From Octopus bimaculoides (taxonomy: Eukaryota), in contig NC_068995.1 in assembly GCF_001194135.2 (NCBI RefSeq), forward strand, positions 13,448,081 to 13,512,080: 64,000 bases of DNA, in the 5' to 3' direction. This document shows positions 1 through 13,076 of this stretch, piece after piece (positions within the stretch are counted from its first letter, which is position 1; each line of letters starts with the position of its first letter). The notes beneath the pieces were generated by a model. It searched no databases. It was not told where the DNA came from and saw only the letters and a program-made list of their open reading frames with translations. Both the position numbers and the translations under genes were made by a program.

Positions 1-82
1 TGCAAGCTGAAATTTAAAGGCAGTGCTCCAGCATGGCCACAGTTCAATTACTGAATCCAGAAAACAAAAAAGAATAACCTTC

Positions 83-490
83 GTAGCTATGTGGTAAGAA
101 GCTTGCTTCCCAACCACACGGTTCCATGTTCAATCCCTCTATTTGACACCTTGAGCAATTGTTTTCTATTATAGCTTTGAGCCAACCAAAGCCTTGTGAG
201 TGGATTTGGTAGATGGAAACTGAAAGAAGCCCATTGTGCACATGTATATATGTATGTATGTATTTGTGTGTTTGCTTCTTACCCCACTCTCACCCCGCCG
301 TTGCTTGACAATCAATGCTGATGTGTTTATGTCCCCATAACTTAGTGGTTTGGCAAAAGAGACCAATAAAATAAGTCCTAGGCTTACAAAGAATATGTCC
401 TGGGATAGATTTCTTCAGCTAAAACCCTTTGAAGCAGTGCTCCAGCATGGCCACAGTCAAATGACTGAAACAAGTAAAAGAATAAAAGAA
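83..490 (+). mobile_element. SINE family A (tRNA-like head, central CA/TG microsatellite)
   Basis: Same head-body-tail sequence recurs in more than 15 copies or fragments in the window. Confidence 0.85.
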
Positions 491-837
491 TATGCTATAT
501 TTAAAATTAAAAACAAAACAAAAACAGAAATTAAATTAAAATTACTCGTAAAAGCAATTACTGCTGAATGGAAAGGTTAAAAATTATTATGAGTTTGTAT
601 CTCATGGCTAAAAGTATGTGAAAGTATTTAGAAAATCTGTAAATGATATTTGTAGCAGACAGAATAGCTATGCTTGTTTTGTAAATATTTGACAATCCTC
701 CACTAAACACATACACACATTCAGTCTCAAGTTTCAGATCAATAACATTGTCTATGTTGTTTCCTTATATAAACGCTGAAGATTTTTTCACTTATTTTCA
801 CTTTAGTAGAAATATTAGTTTTGACAAAATTTGTAAT

Positions 838-1460
838 GCACCTGAGCACTGTATGGAATAGTTTCATTATTATTATTATTATTATTATTGAGTGAGAGAG
901 CAGCTCATGCCATCAAAGTGACACTGGAGTAAAATATACGAAGCCCAATATACCCATCATGATTACCAGTCTGATAAGAGTACACCAGGCATATGCATTA
1001 CAACCATATGTGCACAACATAGTGATCTCATATCAAGATAAACAGTGCTTGCCCTTGCAGGTGAGGTCCAGTTAGAATTTTCTTCAGGTCAAGTAGCCCT
1101 TCCCACTCAAAAGGTCCCTGAATAAGCCTTGTTTAAGGATGTTGAGCGATACACATGTTTCCAGAGGTGAATTATTCAAACCCCAAAGAATTCCTCTCAA
1201 CACATGGCTACGATGCCCCCCNNNNNNNNNNCCCCCCCAACTACTTCTTCTTGTGATCAGAGATGCACATATTGTTAGCCACCAAGGGGCATGCTCAACT
1301 GCTTAAGATCAAACAACTGACAAGCTAATCTGTGGTATTGAGCAGAATATTTGTTGTAGCCCATCTTTTATACCAAGACAAAACATGTACCTGATAACAC
1401 TTCCAATCAGTTAAGATCAGAAGCCATGAGAGCCAGTGCCTGGTACTGCATCAGGGCATA
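838..1460. mobile_element. Interspersed repeat with (TTA)n ends (retroposon-like)
   Basis: A partial second copy lies at about 58330-58545. Confidence 0.7.
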
Positions 1461-2859
1461 TTATTATTATTATCATTAATCACATGGCTTACATTCATAG
1501 AGTTTAAATCCTGTTAAGAGTTGTCTTTCATGTTTCATCACTGTGATGGCAGAAATACATACTAGTAATATGCTGGAATGGATGAAGAAATACATACCAG
1601 TGGAATTGAATAGCTTGCTCAGACATTTTTGACCCACACATGCCATCCATCTCAGTTCTGCATTAGTTGAGGGAAGTTTTTGAGGAGGTATCCATTGACT
1701 CTGGTGAGTTGATCTACATACATTGTTTTCAGATGTCCTGCTCAAGTATGGCCATACTTTGGCATCCACAGCAGTAATTCACTTGCAAGCTCTTGTTTAA
1801 CTTTCCAGGAATGTCCTGAAAAACGCAAGTACCATTCCCTTATAACGATGGAAAGCAGCAGGAAATTTCCATGCTGCTGTCTCTTGGTGGGATGAGTTCT
1901 CCATTACATGTTTACTTCGATTAATTTTACAAATGATGTAGAATTTAGTGAAGTAACTTTGTCATTATTAAGCTGGTATTTTGCAACATAGATTAACATT
2001 AAATTAGAACAGGAAGCTTTTGATTTAAAAATCACTTTAAAACGAAATGTTTGCATCACATGACCAAGAGTAGTCTCAGATAGGTTGGTATTCTTTTGCA
2101 AATATTTTCCTTGTGACTAATCAAAAGATACGACTATGTATGTATCTTTGTGTGTATGTTTAATGAGCTTGTTTTTCTTGGTATATGTATAAAAGTGTGT
2201 CTAGCTGAAAACTTATGACTGAGGCATACATTTAGATTCCAAATTTTAAAAAAAATTATGAACTTGGTATGAAATATAAGTAATGTTATTTTACATTAAA
2301 ATTTATTTATGTTGTATTTATTCATCTATTTTTTTTTCTGTTTGCTTGTGTAAATTTTAAGAACTCTAGTTAATCTTTCTTGATTTGACTTGTCTGGTAT
2401 AAAAAAAAAATACTCTGTTTTTGTAATCTGTTAATAGCTCTCATACTAACATAGTTAAAATAATGGATGATCTAAAAGTAGGAGTAGGTGCTTCTGTGTA
2501 GTCTTAGGATGGGCAGCAACACTATAAATTTGATCAAACAATACAGTTCAAACCATATTGAAACAGCTGGATATATTAGATCCTTGTATCTAGAGGTCTT
2601 ACTTTGTTGTTTACCATCCAAGTCTGTTTACCATTCACAGCTGTCTCCATAATATAGATATGTTGCTCCAGCAGAGCCAATAATAAATATTCAGTAGAAA
2701 TAACAACAACAACAACAGCAGTGCACCCTTTATCACATGGGTAGAACTACTCTCATTCTCGGTCAGTGGTTCTCAACCAGAGACCACTTGACCCTTGGGT
2801 GGGGTCCTTTCAAGATTTTCTTATTAATGTTTATGTGCAATAAATTGCTTATACTTATC

Positions 2860-3570
2860 ATCATCATCATCATACGTCTGCTTTCCATGCTAGCATGGAT
2901 TAGACAGTTTGACTGGAGATGGTAAGCCTCAGAGCTGCACCAAGTTCCAGTCTGATTTGGCATGGTTTCTACGGCTGGATGCCCTTCCAAACACCAACCA
3001 CTCCAAGAGTGTAATGGGTGCTTTTTTCATGCCACTGGCACGGGTGCAATTTACATAACACCAGCAACAGCCATGACTACGATTCCACTGGGGCCCTTTA
3101 CATGATACTGGCAAGAGCCACAACTATGATTTCACTTGGCTTAACAAGTGTTAAGAATTTTTTTTACACAATTCTAATAATATTCATCATCATCATCATT
3201 GTTTAACATACACTTTCCATGCTAGCATGGGTTGGACGATTTGACTGAGGACTGGTGGAACCCAAAGGCTGCACCAGGCTCCAATCTGATTTGGCAGAGT
3301 TTCTACAACTGGATGCCCTTCCTAACGCCAACCACTCCGAGAGTGTAGTGGGAGCTTTTACATGTCACTGGCACGAAGGCCAGTCAGGCGATACTGGCAA
3401 CGGCCACGCTCAAAATGGTGTATTTTATGTGCCACCTGCACAAGAGCCAGTCCAGGGGCACTGGCAATGATCTCGCTCGAAAGTCCTTACACATGCTGCA
3501 GGCACAAGTGCCAGAAAGGCGACGCTGGGCACAGGTGCCATCACGATTTCACTTGCCCCAACATGTCTTC
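2860..3570. mobile_element. Two tandem copies of an RTE-like non-autonomous retroposon with (CAT)n ends
   Basis: The ctggatgcccttcc...ccaaccactcc core recurs at about 10600, 34050, 58620, 59350 and 60350. Confidence 0.65.
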
Positions 3571-3888
3571 GCAAGCTGAGTAAATTATAGAAATATAAGC
3601 AGGATTTCTTAAACATTGAATGGCTATGAGGGTAAAACTAAATAAAATAGGAATCAAAGAGTTTATAAAAAATAATGGTTAAGAACCACTGGACTAGGTT
3701 CTAACAAAGTTTTTCTTAAATTGTTAATGTCACGAAACAAAAAAAGACATTGATAATGTCACGAAACAAAAAAAGAAAAAAATCTGTTTTTCTTCTTTCT
3801 TTCTTCATAATTCTTTCTAATTTTGACATGTGTGAAAGAGGAATTAACAGAAACATATAAAATGTTCTAACTTGGTTTATATTTTCAG

Positions 3889-3972
3889 GTGCGAAAATTT
3901 ATTTTAGCTCCAGTGAAGAATGCTAACTTGGAGATTGTGATAGTAATGTTTATGGTTCCCTTATTTGTGAAT
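3889..3972 (+). CDS. STIMATE: STIMATE/TMEM110 penultimate coding exon (VRKFILAPVKNANLEIVIVMFMVPLFVN)
   Basis: ttttcag acceptor and AAT|gtaagt donor; 84 nt, phase 0-0. Matches the recalled TMEM110 segment LAIVMLIVPFFVN and joins in frame to ALIFWVVDNFL at 9554. Confidence 0.85.
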
Positions 3973-4280
3973 GTAAGTTCTTTGGACAAGTTCCATATTT
4001 TTATCCCTTTTTGGTTTATGAATTTGGTTCCATTATACCCCCTCCCCTCCCATCTATCTTTCTCTCTTTAGTGCAGGTTTGTGTTTTAGGATAATTGCTT
4101 AGAAGATTTTCTGATTGACTGGCATTTCAGAGACAGTTTGTCAACAGTCATCAGTTTAAATTATGGAAATTATCAACCAGTTAACTCAAATTGTGCTCAA
4201 TTATAAACTATTACACTCACCTATAACCCTACTTATATTCTTAATTCATGGTCTTTCTCAGATTTATATATATATATAGA

Positions 4281-4700
4281 AGCACAAGCATGGCTGTGTG
4301 GCAAGAAGTTTGCTTCTTAACCACATGGTTCCAGATTCAGTCTCGCTGCGTAGCAACTTGGGTAGGTGTCTTTTGCTATAGCCTTGGGATGACCAAAGCC
4401 TTGCGAATGGATTTGGTAGACAGAAACTGAAAGAAGTACATCATGTGTGTTTATGTATGTGTATCTTCTAATTTGTGTTTGTCCCCCACCACCACCACCA
4501 CTGCTTGACAACCAGTGTTGGTTTGTTTATGCCCCCATAACATAGCAACTCGGCAAAAGAGAAAGATATAAGCACCAGGCTTAAGAAAAATAAATACTGG
4601 GGAAGATGAGTGGGGACTGGGATTTGTTCAACTAAACTCTTGAAGATGGTGCTCCAGCATGACCACAGTCCAATGACTGAAACAAGTAGAAGATAAGATA
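4281..4700 (+). mobile_element. SINE family A
   Basis: Full head to tail, similar to 83-490. Confidence 0.85.
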
Positions 4701-6245
4701 TATATACTTTGTCTACAATTGCTGTAAGAGAGGGGTTAGCTTTTGAACCAAGTTTGAAGCAACGTTTGATATCCAATTGTAATTCTGTTTTCCTATTTTA
4801 CTCCACTTACACATCAAGTACCTTTGCTGAATGCAATAGCTGTCATGAAGTATAGAGGGAGCGTTTGTGCAGTCACTCAACCTGCTAGAAATAACAGTTA
4901 AACTTCTCTCAAATAGCACCCCATCATCTTAAATTGAAATGGTACACTTGGATAATGTCTTTTTTTTTTCTGTTTTTGTCTTCTCTTCCCTATGGGGTGT
5001 TGCACAAGAAATGTTGTACCCTCAACACTAGCCAATCCACTTTCACCATTGATTTCCCATTATCCATAGTAAGACCATCAGATTCATCAAATCTAATATT
5101 TTAGGTGACACACAATGGGCTTCAAAAGAAGATCTTCCTGCAATATCACATTATAAGAAGCTTATCTAAAAAAACACATGCTAACATATGACACTGCAAT
5201 AATAGGATTATTAACCCTTTTGTTACCACATTTCTGTTGAGATGCTCTGTGTTTCTTTCAATTAATTTTAAATATAACAAAGAATTTAGTAAAATAACTT
5301 AGTTATCGTTAAGCTAGTGTTAGGAATGTAAATTGTGACTAAGGCTTGGTGGAAGATTTTAATTCAGAACTTTTGAAAACGAGACATTTGTACTATAGGA
5401 CCAGAGGCAGTTTCAGCCAGGTTGGTATCAAAAGGGTTAAAGGAGTTAAAATTTCAACATGTTGGGCAAATGTAAGCAAATTCACATGTACATGCATACA
5501 CACATATGTAACAGTTTCACTGTGTTTTTGATAAAAAAAAAAAAAGACAGGATGGTTACAAAAGACCACAAATTTCCTCAGTGCTGATTTGTGGCTAAAC
5601 AACATCACCACCGTCGCCATCATCATCATCATCATTTAATGTACATTTTTTCCAAAAAAATTTTCTTCGCCATTGTACAACCATTTGATCTCAAGCCAGT
5701 GCAGGTATTGCTAAATAGTTGCTTTATAAGCTAGAAATAGTAGCTCAATGTACCTCCGATTACACACACACTCTACCATGAGAAAAAAATGACATATTAG
5801 CTAATTAGACCTGGGTTCCCTGCATATAAAGAAAAGACCATCTAGATGGGCATGGCTGGAATGCCCATTCATCATAGGTTTATTCATTCAGGGTGGACCT
5901 TAGGGTAGACAATGACAACTGTTGCCATTTGACCTTTGTGATATAGGTTAGTCCAACAAATTCCTCTCAGTATAATTTGTAATTTTATCTTCTACATAGC
6001 AGAACAAAAGCTTGTTCACTTTCAGTAGTTCACTTTAATCATTCTAATTACTTGCCCTGATCTGTTGTAATCATTCATGCTGGTGAAGGCCAAAGTCTGG
6101 AAGCCAGCATCTTTATGTTGTTACTATGCAAATCCTGAACAGTAAACTGATAAAGGAATCTCTGCATCAGGTGTAGAGAAACCCCTTACCTGTAGGTGAA
6201 ATTTTCACCCACACTCGAAACAGGAATGGCTTCTTATATATGTAT

Positions 6246-6246
6246 G

Positions 6247-6298
<52 letters not shown>
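6246..6298. repeat. (TA)n microsatellite, representative of dozens of (TA)n, (CA)n, (TG)n, (CAT)n, (TTA)n and (TATC)n tracts
   Basis: Read directly from the sequence. Confidence 0.95.
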
Positions 6299-6301
<3 letters not shown>

Positions 6302-7279
6302 CTTTTACTTGTTTCAGTAATCTGACTGTAGCCAGGGTTTTTAAGTTGAAAAAACCGACCCCAAGACATATGACAAGCTTCTTTGAGTTTTTGTCTACCA
6401 AATCCACTTGCCCAAGGTGCCACACAGTGAGACTGAACCCGGAACCATTTGGCTGGGAAGCCAGCTTCTTACCACACACGCCCACGCCTACGATTTTCTT
6501 CTATTTATCATATTGCACACACTTATATCTCAGAGTTTTGTCAGATAAACACGGGTAGGGTTGAGAAAGAACCATTACTGAGCTGTGCTTAAGGCATTAG
6601 TTTGCCTTAAGCTGACTCTGTCTTTATAACACACACACACACACACACTCTCTCTCTTTCTTTCTGTCTCTCTCTCTCTCCTTGCACTCCACATAGAGTC
6701 TTCTAATTATTTAATTGTTTCTACTATAATTACCATACTTAGAAAATGGCATCTCCACTTCCTTCAGTTATCATCACTCATTAAATTCTGTTTTAGCACT
6801 TAATCTATATGACCAAGTCTTTCCTGTAATTAAGGCTCCTAAATGTTTTATTCAAGTTTTGTTTTTGGTTTTTTGTTTTCTGACTTATATATTTCTACTC
6901 TGCTGATGATGATAGCCTGGTAATGATATCGGTAGTACTATGCTGCTGCTACTTATTCTGATGGTGATGAGGCTATTGTGTTGCTTTTCATGATGATGTT
7001 GCTTTCATGAAGCACAGAGAAAGAAATTCAAGATCTACTGACACTTCCTCAACCATTTTCTTTCGCATTCCAACCCTGCCCCAGCCATATGATTTTGTGC
7101 TTAGTTTTTTTTTTTTTGTGGTTGTTGTTGTTTATGTCAAGATCAACCTTAATTGAGGAAACCTATAATCACAGACATTACAATATGACCATCCTGTTCT
7201 TCTCTTGAGCATTATGTATTTGGGACTACATTGTCCAATGTACCCCTCTCTTTTGAAAAGAGTAAGGTGTAACCTAAGG

Positions 7280-7575
7280 CAGGGGTTTTCAAACTGTGGT
7301 CCGCGGACCACAGGGGGTCTGCAAGGACAAGACAGGGGGTCCGTAGACAGCAAATACTTTTTATGGGCAATTTGATTTTATATATGTTTTTTAATCGAAA
7401 TCTTTTAATTGACAATAAACCTATTTGTTAAATATTGTTAAATAAATAAATGTAAAAATATGTTATTTTAAGCAAATATTTATGTATAAATTTCATAAGC
7501 GTTTATAAGGGAGTCCCTAAGGTAAAGCTTGAAATATAAAGGGGTCCGCAAGTCAAAAAAGTTTGAAAACCCCTG
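7280..7575. mobile_element. hAT (Charlie-like) MITE
   Basis: 16-bp TIR CAGGGGTTTTCAAACT; 8-bp TSD acctaagg/agctaagg. Confidence 0.85.
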
Positions 7576-8399
7576 AGCTAAGGGATGTTTAGCTGCTCTT
7601 TCTAGCAGGCCATGCCACCATGAACCTAGCCCCTTTATTCGCCATTGTTATTTGGTGGTTTAAAAGTAGTTGACACCTTTCATTCGCATTGTCTTCTTCA
7701 CATTCCTTGATGTCTTATTGGAGGGAAATTAAAGGCCCTCATTGCCAGGAATGTGTCACAATAGAATGTTAAAGTTCAAGTGTTCTATCATGCCATGAAG
7801 GTGGCGGTGGGAGTGATGATGTTAATGACAATGTAATCATCAACTCTTTGCGTGTTTTGTAATGTAATATAATAGCAATGGTGACAGCAATGATGACGAT
7901 GATGATAATAATGCTGATGATGATGATGATGATGATAATGGCTTTGGTGTGAAATAACCCTGAATACAGTCCATCATATGCATGGCTTAGTGGTTAGGGG
8001 TGTTGGACTCACAATCGTAAGATTGTGGTTTCGATTCCTGGACCAAGCAATGCATTGTGTTCTTGAACAAAACGCTTCATTTTACGCTACTTCAGTCCAC
8101 TCATCTGGTAAAATTGAGTGATCCTGTGATAGACTGGCATCCCATCCCAGTGGTGGGGAATATATATATATATANNNNNNNNNNNNNNNNNNNNNNNNNN
8201 NNNNNNNNNNNNNNNNNNNNNNNNNNNNNNNNNNNNNNNNNNNNNNNNNNNNNNNNNNNNNNNNNNNNNNNNNNNNNNNNNNNNNNNNNNNNNNNNCCCA
8301 TATGCAATAGAAACAGTATTAAAGTAAAATAGTCATCTGTGTATTATACTTAATGTATATACATTATTGAAAGGCAAGTTACTGAGGTAGTTGTCCAGG

Positions 8400-8665
8400 C
8401 ACATGGCTCAGTGGTTCTTGAGCAAGACACTTTATTTCACATTGCTCCAGTTCACTCATCTGTAGAAATGAGTTGTGACATCACGGGTATCAAGCTGTAT
8501 CAGCCTTTGCCTTTCCCTTGGATAACATTAGTGGCATGGAGAGGTGAGGCTGGTACGCATGGGTGACTGCTGGTCTTCCACAAACAACCTTGGCCAGACT
8601 TGTGCCCTGGAGGAAAACTTTCTAGATGCAATCCCATGGTCATTTGTGAGTGAAAGGGGTTTTTA
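8400..8665 (+). mobile_element. SINE family D (tRNA-derived)
   Basis: Similar copies at 12540-12865 (-) and 53722-54060 (+). Confidence 0.8.
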
Positions 8666-9553
8666 TTTTTACGTTTCTTGTGGACGTTCTGTGTTTCAAA
8701 ACAATATTTATCAGAGAGAGAATGAGTTTGACAATTTTCCTAGCTGTGGATAGAGAGTACATCAAATGCATTTCAGCATAGTTAGGCTTTATCAATGGTA
8801 TTTACTAACAGATACTCACATGTCTAGATGAGATTTGTCACATCCAATATAGGAAATAGTGAATAAAATATTTACTGGTATTGTGAATAGCTGTCTGAAT
8901 GAATAAAAATCTGGTGTTTTTAAATACAGCACATCCATAAGGGCTGTTATCTCTGGATGAACATTGCAGTAACTTGCCTTTCAAGGATGTATATACATTA
9001 AGTATGAGACATAGCTGGCTATCCTAAACAGTGTTTTAAGTCTTAAATATATTTTCATGCACTGAGCTATTTGGTAGCCATGTTAATTGATATTTCCAAT
9101 AATTTTTTTCCTTAAAAAGTGTTGATATATTTACTGCTTCCTTTGCAACTGAAATTATAATCAACCCTTAAGCATTCAGATTATTCTATCAAATTTATTG
9201 TTCATTTATTCACATTGTTTTGAATCAATCTCATAGCTTTGAGATTTCAATGATGTGATTGTTTGTTTTGAATGACATAATGACATTGTCAGGTTGGCAT
9301 GCAAGGCCAGATCTGTCCAGTTTTAACGTGGAACACTTAGAACAGTTTGGGCTGGATATGGCACACAAGCCAATACAATACAACAAGGTCCGGACGACCC
9401 TGCAGTGGATTAAAACTCTCAGGAGGTGTAAAAGAGCCAAAAATAGGTTTGAAACTTGAGGTATTTTAGACCTCACTGGAGATTTTATTTTGATGTCATT
9501 AAATTTTTTATTTCTGATTTTGATTTTAATTTTTTTTTTTCCTCTTCTTTCAG

Positions 9554-9802
9554 GCTCTTATATTTTGGGTGGTAGATAATTTTTTAAAACGCCAAATCCG
9601 AGAAACAAAAACCCTTTCAATAAACAGCAACGATGTATCTGTGAAGTATTTCCGAAACAACGACCGCTTGAAGTATTACAACCATTTAGAAAAGGCAGAA
9701 GACTTTGAAACTAACATGCTACTAATGGAGGATGAAGAGATCAACACATCAACTGTTGGGGTTGGTAACAACAATACAACTACTAATCTTTTACTGGACT
9801 GA
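9554..9802 (+). CDS. STIMATE: STIMATE/TMEM110 terminal coding exon (ALIFWVVDNFLKRQ...NLLLD*)
   Basis: Long polypyrimidine tract plus cag acceptor at 9551-9553. ALIFWVVDNFL matches TMEM110 ALMFWVVDNFL. TGA at 9800-9802. Upstream exons lie outside the window. Confidence 0.85.
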   Translation, partial: ALIFWVVDNFLKRQIRETKTLSINSNDVSVKYFRNNDRLKYYNHLEKAEDFETNMLLMEDEEINTSTVGVGNNNTTTNLLLD

Positions 9803-11428
9803 CAAAACAGAATCTACAATCCATATCTATCTATATATATATATAAATATTAACTAGCAAAAGGCTGATTGAAGAACTGTTCATGACTGATTAAAAAGAC
9901 ACTCTCATTGTGTCACATTTATTTATCATTGTTCTGCATTTGTATTTCTCATTTCTCTTCATTATTGAAAAAACAAATTCCATTTCATCATTCAAATGAA
10001 AGTTCATACATTAAAGTATAGAATTTTCAAGAAAATAAAATTAATTTTTTTGAATTTCTATTTGCTTTGTTGCTGTTATTGTTTTTTTATGTCACTTTAT
10101 GTTTTGTCAAAAGTGTCACAGTAAAAATGAACTCACGGTGATGCCTGTTGTAGGATCCTTGAAGCCACCCGGTTTGTTTACTGCCTAAAAGGAACTTCAG
10201 AAACTCCAAGTGATGCTTCTCACTGCAGGAATGTCAGTTTCTCCAGATGGAACTGCTGACTACAAGATTTCTTAACCTTCCAGGTTTGGCTGTGATGGCT
10301 ATAAGATTCATTATTATTTGAAATAATCAAAGTCATTGAATTAATTTTGCTTTGTCTTCACCACATCCCTTATTACTAATTAATGTTTTTATCTCCACAT
10401 TTGATTTACATTCTCCCCAGTACTTAACTATTTATGTTCATATAAATGATGTCACTGATTGATTAACTTGGTTTTGTTAGCCAGGTATCTCCTCTGTAGT
10501 GAGACAGCTATCCCTGTCCTTCTATCATACTCCAACTTCTCACCTGGCACACAGCCACTTCTCTTGGTTCCTCTCTTTCTCTCTCTAAGCTGAGAGGTCT
10601 TGTAAAATATTTGGCAACCTTGTCGGTGTTGGCACCACATAAAAAGCACCCAGTACACTCTGTAAAAGTCATTGACATCAAGAAAGACATCCAATTGTAG
10701 AAATGAAGCCGAAACAGACAAAACCTGGTGCAGCCCTTCTATCTGCCAGCTCCTGACAAACCATCCAACTCATGGCAGCATAGAAACAGACCTTGGTGGT
10801 GGTGGTGATGGTGATGAAGACGATGACAACCACCACCGCCATGTACATGTGTCAGGGGCATCTTCCCCCCCCCCCCCGTCTCTTTTCTCTTTAGAATAGT
10901 TCAATTGTTGCTTTTTTTCCAGTCGTAACAATTCCAGCATTTTCTTCTTTCTGGACTGCTTCATCCAATATGTCCTTCCATTTTTAAAACAGTAAGGATG
11001 GGATTTGAAGATTTCGTTGTTATTTCTAGCTGGTTGAGTGACATGCATTAGCTCATGAATAGTAATGAAAATGGCTGTATGTATTTTCTGGTTTTCAGAA
11101 GAAAAGGCAGTAAAACAAAAAAGAGAGAGAGACATAGAGATCAATACTAGTTAACTAGAATGAGAGGAAGTAGAATAACCGTCTCTAGAGACAAAGAAGC
11201 AATAGGCTTCCAGAGAGAGGAATGAGAGAAAGACATTTGAATTTATTAATCCATTTCTTATGTATCACCTGTAATTTTATGTTGTCATTTATCAACTGAA
11301 AAAGCATTGATCGGTAGAATCATTAGAGCATCAACTACAATACTTTACAGTATATGTTTCACACCTGTTTCTGTCTTCATTCCTGATCTTTCTCTCTCCA
11401 GCCGGGTAACCTTGTACTTCCTCTACAG

Positions 11429-11751
11429 CAGGGGTTTTCAACCATTTTTTTTATTTGTGAACCCCTTTGATTACTATTTTATTCTGGTAGACCCCCATAG
11501 CCATTCGATGTTTAAAAAACTAGTTTTATTGAAACTTTCTTACAAAATTCCTATTCTGTTTTTCGCACATTAACTTGTGTAGGTTGAACTATGTAAAATG
11601 TTAGAGAAAAAGTCTAGCAGTTTCTTGCAATACATACATCTGAAATAAAATTTTTTCAGGGGCCCTTAAAATATTATTGTGGATCTCCAATTTACTGTTT
11701 TATTACATGGACCCACAAAAATCTTATATGGACCCTGGTTGGAAACCACTG
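11429..11751. mobile_element. hAT MITE
   Basis: TIRs CAGGGGTTTTCAACCA / TGGTTGGAAACCACTG; perfect 8-bp TSD CTCTACAG. Confidence 0.9.
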
Positions 11752-12539
11752 CTCTACAGCAAGACACCTGTATCCGTCTCATTGTAACCTTTTCATCATC
11801 ACCTCCAATGCCTCCTCCCCTCTGAAAAGCTTTTGTCTTGCAAGTATTTGGTGACTCTGTCCATGCAGGTGCCACTTAAAGCGAAAGTGGTTGGTGTTCG
11901 GAAGGGCATCTAGCTGTAAAAACCTTGCCAAAACTGACCTTAACAACAGTAGCACCAAGTCATGGAAGCAATACAGCATTTTATGTCTTGCTTGAACTTT
12001 GTAGAGAATTAATTTTATTTGGAACTGATGAAAAAAGACTAACTCTACAAACTTTATGATCCAGTTTTGGTTATGTTGAGGATGTATTCACAAGAAGAGA
12101 ACTTCAGTGATGTCCCACAGTTGTAGTAACCAGTACTGTCTTAAAGCATGGACACACTGGGTAGTTATTCAAGGGCTCCGAGGCCTACTCCCAGGGCATT
12201 GACTTGCCCAGGGACCTACAATGCTGCCAAGACAGCCTTGGCAGTGATCTGAATATATATCACTATTTGTATATGTTAAACGTCTATCGTAACTCCTCTG
12301 CAATGTTTCACTTCCAATATACAGATGAAGTCAAGTCATTTGCCAAACGTGTTACAACTCTGAAAAGGAAGCTAACTAATACTATTACTATAGCCATTGT
12401 GTCGTGCTGTTAACCAAGGTACATAACTCTGCTCACCTCGAGCTAATAGATTTGACTATCAACTTCTTAGAATCAGCTAACAAATCTCAATCCTCTCTCT
12501 CTCTCTGTCTATTTGTATGTATGTATACACACACACATT

Positions 12540-12865
12540 TCCCTTCGCTCATGACTGACCATGGGATTGCACCTTGAAAGTTCCCCTCTGAGGCACAAAT
12601 CCAGGCAAGGTTCTTTGTGGAAGACTAGCAGTCACCCATGCATACCAAACCCCACTCTCCACTGATGTTATCCAAGGGAAAGGCAAAGGCCAATACAGCT
12701 TGGCACCAGTGATGTCGCAACTCATTTCTACAGCTGAGTTAACTGGAGCAACATGAAATAAAAGGTCTTGCTCAAGAACACAACATGCAGCCCGGTCTGG
12801 GAATTGAACTCACAACCTCACAATCATAAGCTCAACGCTCTAACCACTGAGCCATGCGCCTTCAT
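12540..12865 (-). mobile_element. SINE family D
   Basis: Reverse complement of 53722-54060. Confidence 0.8.
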
Positions 12866-13076
12866 GCATGTATATAATTTCTGTCCACCAAATCCACTCA
12901 GAAGGATTTGGTCATCCCAGGACCACAATAGAGGAGCACTTACCCAAAATGCTATCAAATATTTTTTTCCAATATTACAAAAAGAAAGAACGAAAAAGGT
13001 TTGTAATTATTGTAATAATTTAATTTTCTTTAATAAAAATTATACACAACATGATGGAGAGAAAAGATGAAATGTC

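Noticed and set aside
1385-1460. Repeat end with patches resembling U2 snRNA (atcagttaagatcaga; cctggtactgca)
   Set aside because: Matches are short and discontinuous, with no Sm site or branch-point recognition sequence; not enough to call a snRNA-derived SINE.
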